The notes below the pieces were generated by a model. The model had not been told where the DNA came from, did not search any database, and worked only from the letters and a program-made list of their open reading frames with translations. Of a DNA stretch of 64,000 nucleotides, positions 42,060-57,019 are shown piece by piece. This stretch comes from Auanema rhodensis (Eukaryota; Animalia; Nematoda): contig CAXKVF010000074.1 of NCBI GenBank assembly GCA_964057225.1, positions 895,012 to 959,011 of the forward strand, in the 5' to 3' direction. Each line of letters starts with the position of its first letter. Position 1 is the stretch's first letter. Made by a program: the position numbers and the translations under genes.

Positions 42060-42587
42060 TGGTTCATGGTAACCATGACTTTGAATTTTACGTGAACTTT
42101 AATTTATGCTAATTAAATGTACACGTGATGTGCACTTGGTATGTAACTCGCTTCACGTGAAAGATAAAGAAATGCGGTTTTCAAAATTAGATTCCCCATG
42201 TCCATATTAGTCTAAAAACAAATTTTTATTGATATTGGTTCATGGTAACCATGACTTTGAAATTTACGTGAACTTTAATTTATGCTAATTAAATGTACAC
42301 GTGATGTGCACTTGGTATGTAACTCGCTTCACGTGAAAGATAAAGAAATGCGGTTTTCAAAATTAGATTCCCCATGTCCATATTAGTCTAAAAACAAATT
42401 TTTATTGATATTGGTTCATGGTAACCATGACTTTGAAATTTACGTGAACTTTAATTTATGCTAATTAAATGTACACGTGATGTGCACTTGGTATGTAACT
42501 CGCTTCACGTGAAAGATAAAGAAATGCGGTTTTCAAAATTAGATTCCCCATGTCCATATTAGTCTAAAAACAAATTTTTATTGATAT
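42060..42587 (+). repeat. Three consecutive monomers sharing private variant G112A (monomer-scale expansion)
   Basis: AAAGAAATGCGG at 42171, 42347 and 42523; not seen elsewhere. Confidence 0.88.
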
Positions 42588-45500
42588 TGGTGCATGGTAA
42601 CCATGACTTTGAAATTTACGTGAACTTTAATTTATGCTAATTAAATGTACACGTGATGTGCACTTGGTATGTAACTCGCTTCACGTGAAAGATAAAGAGA
42701 TGCGGTTTTCAAAATTAGATTCCCCATGTCCATATTAGTCTAAAAACAAATTTTTATTGATATTGGTTCATGGTAACCATGACTTTGAAATTTACGTGAA
42801 CTTTAATTTATGCTAATTAAATGTATACGTGATGTGCACTTGGTATGTAACTCGCTTCACGTGAAAGATAAAGAGATGCGGTTTTCAAAATTAGATTCCC
42901 CATGTCCATATTAGTCTAAAAACAAATTTTTATTGATATTGGTTCATGGTAACCATGACTTTGAAATTTACGTGAACTTTAATTTATGCTAATTAAATGT
43001 ACATGTGATGTGCACTTGGTATGTAACTCGCTTCACGTGAAAGATAAAGAGATGCGGTTTTCAAAATTAGATTCCCCATGTCCATATTAGTCTAAAAACA
43101 AATTTTTATTGATATTGGTGCATGGTAACCATGACTTTGAAATTTACGTGAACTTTAATTTATGCTAATTAAATGTACACGTGATGTGCACTTGGTATGT
43201 AACTCGCTTCACGTGAAAGATAAAGAGATGCGGTTTTCAAAATTAGATTCCCCATGTCCATATTAGTCTAAAAACAAATTTTTATTGATATTGGTGCATG
43301 GTAACCATGACTTTGAAATTTACGTGAACTTTAATTTATGCTAATTAAATGTACACGTGATGTGCACTTGGTATGTAACTCGCTTCACGTGAAAGATAAA
43401 GAGATGCGGTTTTCAAAATTAGATTCCCCATGTCCATATTAGTTTAAAAACAAATTTTTATTGATATTGGTTCATGGTAACCATGACTTTGAAATTTACG
43501 TGAACTTTAATTTATGCTAATTAAATGTACACGTGATGTGCACTTGGTATGTAACTCGCTTCACGTGAAAGATAAAGAGATGCGGTTTTCAAAATTAGAT
43601 TCCCCATGTCCATATTAGTCTAAAAACAAATTTTTATTGATATTGGTGCATGGTAACCAAGACTTTGAAATTTACGTGAACTTTAATTTATGCTAATTAA
43701 ATGTACACGTGATGTGCACTTGGTATGTAACTCGCTTCACGTGAAAGATAAAGAGATGCGGTTTTCAAAATTAGATTCCCCATGTCCATATTAGTCTAAA
43801 AACAAATTTTTATTAATATTGGTGCATGGTAACCATGACTTTGAAATTTACGTGAACTTTAATTTATGCTAATTAAATGTACACGTGATGTGCACTTGGT
43901 ATGTAACTCGCTTCACGTGAAAGATAAAGAGATGCGGTTTTCAAAATTAGATTCCCCATGTCCATATTAGTCTAAAAACAAATTTTTATTGATATTGGTT
44001 CATGGTAACCATGACTTTGAAATTTACGTGAACTTTAATTTATGCTAATTAAATGTATACGTGATGTGCACTTGGTATGTAACTCGCTTCACGTGAAAGA
44101 TAAAGAGATGCGGTTTTCAAAATTAGATTCCCCATGTCCATATTAGTCTAAAAACAAATTTTTATTGATATTGGTTCATGGTAACCATGACTTTGAAATT
44201 TACGTGAACTTTAATTTATGCTAATTAAATGTACACGTGATGTGCACTTGGTATGTAACTCGCTTCACGTGAAAGATAAAGAGATGCGGTTTTCAAAATT
44301 AGATTCCCCATGTCCATATTAGTCTAAAAACAAATTTTTATTGATATTGGTGCATGGTAACCATGACTTTGAAATTTACGTGAACTTTAATTTATGCTAA
44401 TTAAATGTACACGTGAAGTGCACTTGGTATGTAACTCGCTTCACGTGAAAGATAAAGAGATGCGGTTTTCAAAATTAGATTCCCCATGTCCATATTAGTT
44501 TAAAAACAAATTTTTATTGATATTGGTGCATGGTAACCATGACTTTGAAATTTACGTGAACTTTAATTTATGCTAATTAAATGTACACGTGATGTGCACT
44601 TGGTATGTAACTCGCTTCACGTGAAAGATAAAGAGATGCGGTTTTCAAAATTAGATTCCCCATGTCCATATTAGTCTAAAAACAAATTTTTATTGATATT
44701 GGTTCATGGTAACCATGACTTTGAAATTTACGTGAACTTTAATTTATGCTAATTAAATGTACACGTGATGTGCACTTGGTATGTAACTCGCTTCACGTGA
44801 AAGATAAAGAGATGCGGTTTTCAAAATTAGATTCCCCATGTCCATATTAGTCTAAAAACAAATTTTTATTGATATTGGTGCATGGTAACCATGACTTTGA
44901 AATTTACGTGAACTTTAATTTATGCTAATTAAATGTACACGTGATGTGCACTTGGTATGTAACTCGCTTCACGTGAAAGATAAAGAGATGCGGTTTTCAA
45001 AATTAGATTCCCCATGTCCATATTAGTTTAAAAACAAATTTTTATTGATATTGGTGCATGGTAACCATGACTTTGAAATTTACGTGAACTTTAATTTATG
45101 CTAATTAAATGTACACGTGATGTGCACTTGGTATGTAACTCGCTTCACGTGAAAGATAAAGAGATGCGGTTTTCAAAATTAGATTCCCCATGTCCATATT
45201 AGTCTAAAAACAAATTTTTATTGATATTGGTTCATGGTAACCATGACTTTGAAATTTACGTGAACTTTAATTTATGCTAATTAAATGTACACGTGATGTG
45301 CACTTGGTATGTAACTCGCTTCACGTGAAAGATAAAGAGATGCGGTTTTCAAAATTAGATTCCCCATGTCCATATTAGTCTAAAAACAAATTTTTATTGA
45401 TATTGGTGCATGGTAACCATGACTTTGAAATTTACGTGAACTTTAATTTATGCTAATTAAATGTACACGTGATGTGCACTTGGTATGTAACTCGCTTCAC

Positions 45501-48219
45501 GTGAAAGATAAAGAGATGCGGTTTTCAAAATTAGATTCCCCATGTCCATATTAGTCTAAAAACAAATTTTTATTGATATTGGTGCATGGTAACCATGACT
45601 TTGAAATTTACGTGAACTTTAATTTATGCTAATTAAATGTACACGTGATGTGCACTTGGTATGTAACTCGCTTCACGTGAAAGATGAAGAGATGCGGTTT
45701 TCAAAATTAGATTCCCCATGTCCATATTAGTCTAAAAACAAATTTTTATTGATATTGGTGCATGGTAACCATGACTTTGAAATTTACGTGAACTTTAATT
45801 TATGCTAATTAAATGTTCACGTGATGTGCACTTGGTATGTAACTCGCTTCACGTGAAAGATAAAGAGATGCGGTTTTCAAAATTAGATTCCCCATGTCCA
45901 TATTAGTCTAAAAACAAATTTTTATTGATATTGGTGCATGGTAACCATGACTTTGAAATTTACGTGAACTTTAATTTATGCTAATTAAATGTACACGTGA
46001 TGTGCACTTGGTATGTAACTCGCTTCACGTGAAAGATAAAGAGATGCGGTTTTCAAAATTAGATTCCCCATGTCCATATTAGTCTAAAAACAAATTTTTA
46101 TTGATATTGGTGCATGGTAACCATGACTTTGAAATTTACGTGAACTTTAATTTATGCTAATTAAATGTACACGTGATGTGCACTTGGTATGTAACTCGCT
46201 TCACGTGAAAGATAAAGAGATGCGGTTTTCAAAATTAGATTCCCCATGTCCATATTAGTTTAAAAACAAATTTTTATTGATATTGGTGCATGGTAACCAT
46301 GACTTTGAAATTTACGTGAACTTTAATTTATGCTAATTAAATGTACACGTGATGTGCACTTGGTATGTAACTCGCTTCACGTGAAAGATAAAGAGATGCG
46401 GTTTTCAAAATTAGATTCCCCATGTCCATATTAGTCTAAAAACAAATTTTTATTGATATTGGTTCATGGTAACCATGACTTTGAAATTTACGTGAACTTT
46501 AATTTATGCTAATTAAATGTACACGTGATGTGCACTTGGTATGTAACTCGCTTCACGTGAAAGATAAAGAGATGCGGTTTTCAAAATTAGATTCCCCATG
46601 TCCATATTAGTCTAAAAACAAATTTTTATTGATATTGGTGCATGGTAACCATGACTTTGAAATTTACGTGAACTTTAATTTATGCTAATTAAATGTACAC
46701 GTGATGTGCACTTGGTATGTAACTCGCTTCACGTGAAAGATAAAGAGATGCGGTTTTCAAAATTAGATTCCCCATGTCCATATTAGTCTAAAAACAAATT
46801 TTTATTGATATTGGTGCATGGTAACCATGACTTTGAAATTTACGTGAACTTTAATTTATGCTAATTAAATGTACACGTGATGTGCACTTGGTATGTAACT
46901 CGCTTCACGTGAAAGATAAAGAGATGCGGTTTTCAAAATTAGATTCCCCATGTCCATATTAGTCTAAAAACAAATTTTTATTGATATTGGTGCATGGTAA
47001 CCATGACTTTGAAATTTACGTGAACTTTAATTTATGCTAATTAAATGTACACGTGATGTGCACTTGGTATGTAACTCGCTTCACGTGAAAGATAAAGAGA
47101 TGCGGTTTTCAAAATTAGATTCCCCATGTCCATATTAGTCTAAAAACAAATTTTTATTGATATTGGTGCATGGTAACCATGACTTTGAAATTTACGTGAA
47201 CTTTAATTTATGCTAATTAAATGTACACGTGATGTGCACTTGGTATGTAACTCGCTTCACGTGAAAGATAAAGAGATGCGGTTTTTAAAATTAGATTCCC
47301 CATGTCCATATTAGTCTAAAAACAAATTTTTATTGATATTGCTTCATGGTAACCATGACTTTGAAATTTACGTGAACTTTAATTTATGCTAATTAAATGT
47401 ACACGTGATGTGTACTTGGTATGTAACTCGCTTCACGTGAAAGATAAAGAGATGCGGTTTTCAAAATTAGATTCCCCATGTCCATATTAGTCTAAAAACA
47501 AATTTTTATTGATATTGGTGCATGGTAACCATGACTTTGAAATTTACGTGAACTTTAATTTATGCTAATTAAATGTACACGTGATGTGCACTTGGTATGT
47601 AACTCGCTTCACGTGAAAGATAAAGAGATGCGGTTTTCAAAATTAGATTCCCCATGTCCATATTAGTCTAAAAACAAATTTTTATTGATATTGGTGCATG
47701 GTAACCATGACTTTGAAATTTACGTGAACTTTAATTTATGCTAATTAAATGTACACGTGATGTGCACTTGGTATGTAACTCGCTTCACGTGAAAGATAAA
47801 GAGATGCGGTTTTCAAAATTAGATTCCCCATGTCCATATTAGTCTAAAAACAAATTTTTATTGATATTGGTTCATGGTAACCATGACTTTGAAATTTACG
47901 TGAACTTTAATTTATGCTAATTAATTGTACACGTGATGTGCACTTGGTATGTAACTCGCTTCACGTGAAAGATAAAGAGATGCGGTTTTCAAAATTAGAT
48001 TCCCCATGTCCATATTAGTCTAAAAACAAATTTTTATTGATATTGGTTCATGGTAACCATGACTTTGAAATTTACGTGAACTTTAATTTATGCTAATTAA
48101 ATGTACACGTGATGTGCACTTGGTATGTAACTCGCTTCACGTGAAAGATAAAGAGATGCGGTTTTCAAAATTAGATTCCCCATGTCCATATTAGTCTAAA
48201 AACAAATTTTTATTGATAT

Positions 48220-51200
48220 TGGTTCATGGTAACCATGACTTTGAAATTTACGTGAACTTTAATTTATGCTAATTAAATGTACAGGTGATGTGCACTTGGT
48301 ATGTAACTCGCTTCACGTGAAAGATAAAGAGATGCGGTTTTCAAAATTAGATTCCCCATGTCCATATTAGTCTAAAAACAAATTTTTATTGATATTGGTG
48401 CATGGTAACCATGACTTTGAAATTTACGTGAACTTTAATTTATGCTAATTAAATGTACACGTGATGTGCACTTGGTATGTAACTCGCTTCACGTGAAAGA
48501 TAAAGAGATGCGGTTTTCAAAATTAGATTCCCCATGTCCATATTAGTTTAAAAACAAATTTTTATTGATATTGGTGCATGGTAACCATGACTTTGAAATT
48601 TACGTGAACTTTAATTTATGCTAATTAAATGTACACGTGATGTGCACTGGGTATGTAACTCGCTTCACGTGAAAGATGAAGAGATGCGGTTTTCAAAATT
48701 AGATTCCCCATGTCCATATTAGTCTAAAAACAAATTTTTATTGATATTGGTGCATGGTAACCATGACTTTGAAATTTACGTGAACTTTAATTTATGCTAA
48801 TTAAATGTACACGTGATGTGCACTTGGTATGTAACTCGCTTCACGTGAAAGATAAAGAGATGCGGTTTTCAAAATTAGATTCCCCATGTCCATATTAGTC
48901 TAAAAACAAATTTTTATTGATATTGGTGCATGGTAACCATGACTTTGAAATTTACGTGAACTTTAATTTATGCTAATTAAATGTACACGTGATGTGCACT
49001 TGGTATGTAACTCGCTTCACGTGAAAGATAAAGAGATGCGGTTTTCAAAATTAGATTCCCCATGTCCATATTAGTCTAAAAACAAATTTTTATTGATATT
49101 GGTGCCTGGTAACCATGACTTTGAAATTTACGTGAACTTTAATTTATGCTAATTAAATGTACACGTGATGTGCACTTGGTATGTAACTCGCTTCACGTGA
49201 AAGATGAAGAGATGCGGTTTTCAAAATTAGATTCCCCATGTCCATATTAGTCTAAAAACAAATTTTTATTGATATTGGTGCATGGTAACCATGACTTTGA
49301 AATTTACGTGAACTTTAATTTATGCTAATTAAATGTACACGTGATGTGCACTTGGTATGTAACTCGCTTCACGTGAAAGATAAAGAGATGCGGTTTTCAA
49401 AATTAGATTCCCCATGTCCATATTAGTCTAAAAACAAATTTTTATTGATATTGGTGCATGGTAACCATGACTTTGAAATTTACGTGAACTTTAATTTATG
49501 CTAATTAAATGTACACGTGATGTGCACTTGGTATGTAACTCGCTTCACGTGAAAGACGAAGAGATGCGGTTTTCAAAATTAGATTCCCCATGTCCATATT
49601 AGTCTAAAAACAAATTTTTATTGATATTGGTGCATGGTAACCATGACTTTGAAATTTACGTGAACTTTAATTTATGCTAATTAAATGTACACGTGATGTG
49701 CACTTGGTATGTAACTCGCTTCACGTGAAAGATAAAGAGATGCGGTTTTCAAAATTAGATTCCCCATGTCCATATTAGTCTAAAAACAAATTTTTATTGA
49801 TATTGGTTCATGGTAACCATGACTTTGAAATTTACGTGAACTTTAATTTATGCTAATTAAATGTACACGTGATGTGCACTTGGTATGTAACTCGCTTCAC
49901 GTGAAAGATAAAGAGATGCGGTTTTCAAAATTAGATTCCCCATGTCCATATTAGTCTAAAAACAAATTTTTATTGATATTGGTGCATGGTAACCATGACT
50001 TTGAAATTTACGTGAACTTTAATTTATGCTAATTAAATGTACACGTGATGTGCACTTGGTATGTAACTCGCTTCACGTGAAAGATGAAGAGATGCGGTTT
50101 TCAAAATTAGATTCCCCATGTCCATATTAGTCTAAAAACAAATTTTTATTGATATTGGTTCATGGTAACCATGACTTTGAAATTTACGTGAACTTTAATT
50201 TATGCTAATTAAATGTACACGTGATGTGCACTTGGTATGTAACTCGCTTCACGTGAAAGATAAAGAGATGCGGTTTTCAAAATTAGATTCCCCATGTCCA
50301 TATTAGTCTAAAAACAAATTTTTATTGATATTGGTGCATGGTAACCATGACTTTGAAATTTACGTGAACTTTAATTTATGCTAATTAAATGTACACGTGA
50401 TGTGCACTTGGTATGTAACTCGCTTCACGTGAAAGATAAAGAGATGCGGTTTTCAAAATTAGATTCCCCATGTCCATATTAGTCTAAAAACAAATTTTTA
50501 TTGATATTGGTGCATGGTAACCATGACTTTGAAATTTACGTGAACTTTAATTTATGCTAATTAAATGTACACGTGATGTGCACTTGGTATGTAACTCGCT
50601 TCACGTGAAAGATAAAGAGATGCGGTTTTCAAAATTAGATTCCCCATGTCCATATTAGTCTAAAAACAAATTTTTATTGATATTGATGCATGGTAACCAT
50701 GACTTTGAAATTTACGTGAACTTTAATTTATGCTAATTAAATGTACACGTGATGTGCACTTGGTATGTAACTCGCTTCACGTGAAAGATAAAGAGATGCG
50801 GTTTTCAAAATTAGATTCCCCATGTCCATATTAGTCTAAAAACAAATTTTTATTGATATTGGTTCATGGTAACCATGACTTTGAAATTTACGTGAACTTT
50901 AATTTATGCTAATTAAATGTACAGGTGATGTGCACTTGGTATGTAACTCGCTTCACGTGAAAGATAAAGAGATGCGGTTTTCAAAATTAGATTCCCCATG
51001 TCCATATTAGTCTAAAAACAAATTTTTATTGATATTGGTGCATGGTAACCATGACTTTGAAATTTACGTGAACTTTAATTTATGCTAATTAAATGTACAC
51101 GTGATGTGCACTTGGTATGTAACTCGCTTCACGTGAAAGATAAAGAGATGCGGTTTTCAAAATTAGATTCCCCATGTCCATATTAGTTTAAAAACAAATT

Positions 51201-54200
51201 TTTATTGATATTGGTGCATGGTAACCATGACTTTGAAATTTACGTGAACTTTAATTTATGCTAATTAAATGTACACGTGATGTGCACGTGGTATGTAACT
51301 CGCTTCACGTGAAAGATAAAGAGATGCGGTTTTCAAAATTAGATTCCCCATGTCCATATTAGTCTAAAAACAAATTTTTATTGATATTGGTTCATGGTAA
51401 CCATGACTTTGAAATTTACGTGAACTTTAATTTATGCTAATTAAATGTACAGGTGATGTGCACTTGGTATGTAACTCGCTTCACGTGAAAGATAAAGAGA
51501 TGCGGTTTTCAAAATTAGATTCCCCATGTCCATATTAGTCTAAAAACAAATTTTTATTGATATTGGTGCATGGTAACCATGACTTTGAAATTTACGTGAA
51601 CTTTAATTTATGCTAATTAAATGTACACGTGATGTGCACTGGGTATGTAACTCGCTTCACGTGAAAGATGAAGAGATGCGGTTTTCAAAATTAGATTCCC
51701 CATGTCCATATTAGTCTAAAAACAAATTTTTATTGATATTGGTGCATGGTAACCATGACTTTGAAATTTACGTGAACTTTAATTTATGCTAATTAAATGT
51801 ACACGTGATGTGCACTTGGTATGTAACTCGCTTCACGTGAAAGATAAAGAGATGCGGTTTTCAAAATTAGATTCCCCATGTCCATATTAGTCTAAAAACA
51901 AATTTTTATTGATATTGGTGCATGGTAACCATGACTTTGAAATTTACGTGAACTTTAATTTATGCTAATTAAATGTACACGTGATGTGCACTTGGTATGT
52001 AACTCGCTTCACGTGAAAGATAAAGAGATGCGGTTTTCAAAATTAGATTCCCCATGTCCATATTAGTCTAAAAACAAATTTTTATTGATATTGGTGCCTG
52101 GTAACCATGACTTTGAAATTTACGTGAACTTTAATTTATGCTAATTAAATGTACACGTGATGTGCACTTGGTATGTAACTCGCTTCACGTGAAAGATGAA
52201 GAGATGCGGTTTTCAAAATTAGATTCCCCATGTCCATATTAGTCTAAAAACAAATTTTTATTGATATTGGTGCATGGTAACCATGACTTTGAAATTTACG
52301 TGAACTTTAATTTATGCTAATTAAATGTACACGTGATGTGCACTTGGTATGTAACTCGCTTCACGTGAAAGATAAAGAGATGCGGTTTTCAAAATTAGAT
52401 TCCCCATGTCCATATTAGTCTAAAAACAAATTTTTATTGATATTGGTGCATGGTAACCATGACTTTGAAATTTACGTGAACTTTAATTTATGCTAATTAA
52501 ATGTACACGTGATGTGCACTTGGTATGTAACTCGCTTCACGTGAAAGACGAAGAGATGCGGTTTTCAAAATTAGATTCCCCATGTCCATATTAGTCTAAA
52601 AACAAATTTTTATTGATATTGGTGCATGGTAACCATGACTTTGAAATTTACGTGAACTTTAATTTATGCTAATTAAATGTACACGTGATGTGCACTTGGT
52701 ATGTAACTCGCTTCACGTGAAAGATAAAGAGATGCGGTTTTCAAAATTAGATTCCCCATGTCCATATTAGTCTAAAAACAAATTTTTATTGATATTGGTT
52801 CATGGTAACCATGACTTTGAAATTTACGTGAACTTTAATTTATGCTAATTAAATGTACACGTGATGTGCACTTGGTATGTAACTCGCTTCACGTGAAAGA
52901 TAAAGAGATGCGGTTTTCAAAATTAGATTCCCCATGTCCATATTAGTCTAAAAACAAATTTTTATTGATATTGGTGCATGGTAACCATGACTTTGAAATT
53001 TACGTGAACTTTAATTTATGCTAATTAAATGTACACGTGATGTGCACTTGGTATGTAACTCGCTTCACGTGAAAGATGAAGAGATGCGGTTTTCAAAATT
53101 AGATTCCCCATGTCCATATTAGTCTAAAAACAAATTTTTATTGATATTGGTTCATGGTAACCATGACTTTGAAATTTACGTGAACTTTAATTTATGCTAA
53201 TTAAATGTACACGTGATGTGCACTTGGTATGTAACTCGCTTCACGTGAAAGATAAAGAGATGCGGTTTTCAAAATTAGATTCCCCATGTCCATATTAGTC
53301 TAAAAACAAATTTTTATTGATATTGGTGCATGGTAACCATGACTTTGAAATTTACGTGAACTTTAATTTATGCTAATTAAATGTACACGTGATGTGCACT
53401 TGGTATGTAACTCGCTTCACGTGAAAGATAAAGAGATGCGGTTTTCAAAATTAGATTCCCCATGTCCATATTAGTCTAAAAACAAATTTTTATTGATATT
53501 GGTGCATGGTAACCATGACTTTGAAATTTACGTGAACTTTAATTTATGCTAATTAAATGTACACGTGATGTGCACTTGGTATGTAACTCGCTTCACGTGA
53601 AAGATAAAGAGATGCGGTTTTCAAAATTAGATTCCCCATGTCCATATTAGTCTAAAAACAAATTTTTATTGATATTGATGCATGGTAACCATGACTTTGA
53701 AATTTACGTGAACTTTAATTTATGCTAATTAAATGTACACGTGATGTGCACTTGGTATGTAACTCGCTTCACGTGAAAGATAAAGAGATGCGGTTTTCAA
53801 AATTAGATTCCCCATGTCCATATTAGTCTAAAAACAAATTTTTATTGATATTGGTTCATGGTAACCATGACTTTGAAATTTACGTGAACTTTAATTTATG
53901 CTTATTAAATGTACACGTGATGTGCACTTGGTATGTAACTCGCTTCACGTGAAAGATAAAGAGATGCGGTTTTCAAAATTAGATTCCCCATGTCCATATT
54001 AGTCTAAAAACAAATTTTTATTGATATTGGTGCCTGGTAACCATGACTTTGAAATTTACGTGAACTTTAATTTATGCTAATTAAATGTACACGTGATGTG
54101 CACTTGGTATGTAACTCGCTTCACGTGAAAGATGAAGAGATGCGGTTTTCAAAATTAGATTCCCCATGTCCATATTAGTCTAAAAACAAATTTTTATTGA

Positions 54201-55963
54201 TATTGGTGCATGGTAACCATGACTTTGAAATTTACGTGAACTTTAATTTATGCTAATTAAATGTACACGTGATGTGCACTTGGTATGTAACTCGCTTCAC
54301 GTGAAAGATAAAGAGATGCGGTTTTCAAAATTAGATTCCCCATGTCCATATTAGTCTAAAAACAAATTTTTATTGATATTGGTGCATGGTAACCATGACT
54401 TTGAAATTTACGTGAACTTTAATTTATGCTAATTAAATGTACACGTGATGTGCACTTGGTATGTAACTCGCTTCACGTGAAAGATAAAGAGATGCGGTTT
54501 TCAAAATTAGATTCACCATGTCCATATTAGTCTAAAAACAAATTTTTATTGATATTGGTGCATGGTAACCATGACTTTGAAATTTACGTGAACTTTAATT
54601 TATGCTAATTAAATGTACACGTGATGTGCACTTGGTATGTAACTCGCTTCACGTGAAAGATAAAGAGATGCGGTTTTCAAAATTAGATTCCCCATGTCCA
54701 TATTAGTCTAAAAACAAATTTTTATTGATATTGGTTCATGGTAACCATGACTTTGAAATTTACGTGAACTTTAATTTATGCTAATTAAATGTACACGTGA
54801 TGTGCACTTGGTATGTAACTCGCTTCACGTGAAAGATAAAGAGATGCGGTTTTCAAAATTAGATTCCCCATGTCCATATTAGTCTAAAAACAAATTTTTA
54901 TTGATATTGGTGCATGGTAACCATGACTTTGAAATTTACGTGAACTTTAATTTATGCTAATTAAATGTACACGTGATGTGCACTTGGTATGTAACTCGCT
55001 TCACGTGAAAGATGAAGAGATGCGGTTTTCAAAATTAGATTCCCCATGTCCATATTAGTCTAAAAACAAATTTTTATTGATATTGGTTCATGGTAACCAT
55101 GACTTTGAAATTTACGTGAACTTTAATTTATGCTAATTAAATGTACACGTGATGTGCACTTGGTATGTAACTCGCTTCACGTGAAAGATAAAGAGATGCG
55201 GTTTTCAAAATTAGATTCCCCATGTCCATATTAGTCTAAAAACAAATTTTTATTGATATTGGTGCATGGTAACCATGACTTTGAAATTTACGTGAACTTT
55301 AATTTATGCTAATTAAATGTACACGTGATGTGCACTTGGTATGTAACTCGCTTCACGTGAAAGATAAAGAGATGCGGTTTTCAAAATTAGATTCCCCATG
55401 TCCATATTAGTCTAAAAACAAATTTTTATTGATATTGGTGCATGGTAACCATGACTTTGAAATTTACGTGAACTTTAATTTATGCTAATTAAATGTACAC
55501 GTGATGTGCACTTGGTATGTAACTCGCTTCACGTGAAAGATAAAGAGATGCGGTTTTCAAAATTAGATTCCCCATGTCCATATTAGTCTAAAAACAAATT
55601 TTTATTGATATTGATGCATGGTAACCATGACTTTGAAATTTACGTGAACTTTAATTTATGCTAATTAAATGTACACGTGATGTGCACTTGGTATGTAACT
55701 CGCTTCACGTGAAAGATAAAGAGATGCGGTTTTCAAAATTAGATTCCCCATGTCCATATTAGTCTAAAAACAAATTTTTATTGATATTGGTTCATGGTAA
55801 CCATGACTTTGAAATTTACGTGAACTTTAATTTATGCTTATTAAATGTACACGTGATGTGCACTTGGTATGTAACTCGCTTCACGTGAAAGATAAAGAGA
55901 TGCGGTTTTCAAAATTAGATTCCCCATGTCCATATTAGTCTAAAAACAAATTTTTATTGATAT
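48220..55963 (+). repeat. Nested duplications with 15-, 17- and 11-monomer offsets
   Basis: Offset 2640: C65G 48284/50924, C153T 48548/51188. Offset 2992: T78G 48649/51641, A7C 49106/52098, T106C+A107G 49557/52549, G3A 50686/53678. Offset 1936: A7C 52098/54034, G3A 53678/55614, A52T 53903/55839. Confidence 0.9.
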
Positions 55964-57019
55964 TGGTGCATGGTAACCATGACTTTGAAATTTACGTGAA
56001 CTTTAATTTATGCTAATTAAATGTACACGTGATGTGCACTTGGTATGTAACTCGCTTCACTTGAAAGATGAAGAGATGCGGTTTTCAAAATTAGATTCCC
56101 CATGTCCATATTAGTCTAAAAACAAATTTTTATTGATATTGGTTCATGGTAACCATGACTTTGAAATTTACGTGAACTTTAATTTATGCTAATTAAATGT
56201 ACACGTGATGTGCACTTGGTATGTAACTCGCTTCACGTGAAAGATAAAGAGATGCGGTTTTCAAAATTAGATTCCCCATGTCCATATTAGTCTAAAAACA
56301 AATTTTTATTGATATTGCTTCATGGTAACCATGACTTTGAAATTTACGTGAACTTTAATTTATGCTAATTAAATGTACACGTGATGTGTACTTGGTATGT
56401 AACTCGCTTCACGTGAAAGATAAAGAGATGCGGTTTTCAAAATTAGATTCCCCATGTCCATATTAGTCTAAAAACAAATTTTTATTGATATTGGTTCATG
56501 GTAACCATGACTTTGAAATTTACGTGAACTTTAATTTATGCTAATTAAATGTACACGTGATGTGCACTTGGTATGTAACTCGCTTCACGTGAAAGATAAA
56601 GAGATGCGGTTTTCAAAATTAGATTCCCCATGTCCATATTAGTCTAAAAACAAATTTTTATTGATATTGGTGCATGGTAACCATGACTTTGAAATTTACG
56701 TGAACTTTAATTTATGCTAATTAAATGTACACGTGATGTGCACTTGGTATGTAACTCGCTTCACGTGAAAGATAAAGAGATGCGGTTTTCAAAATTAGAT
56801 TCCCCATGTCCATATTAGTCTAAAAACAAATTTTTATTGATATTGCTTCATGGTAACCATGACTTTGAAATTTACGTGAACTTTAATTTATGCAAATTAA
56901 ATGTACACGTGATGTGTACTTGGTATGTAACTCGCTTCACGTGAAAGATAAAGAGATGCGGTTTTCAAAATTAGATTCCCCATGTCCATATTAGTCTAAA
57001 AACAAATTTTTATTGATAT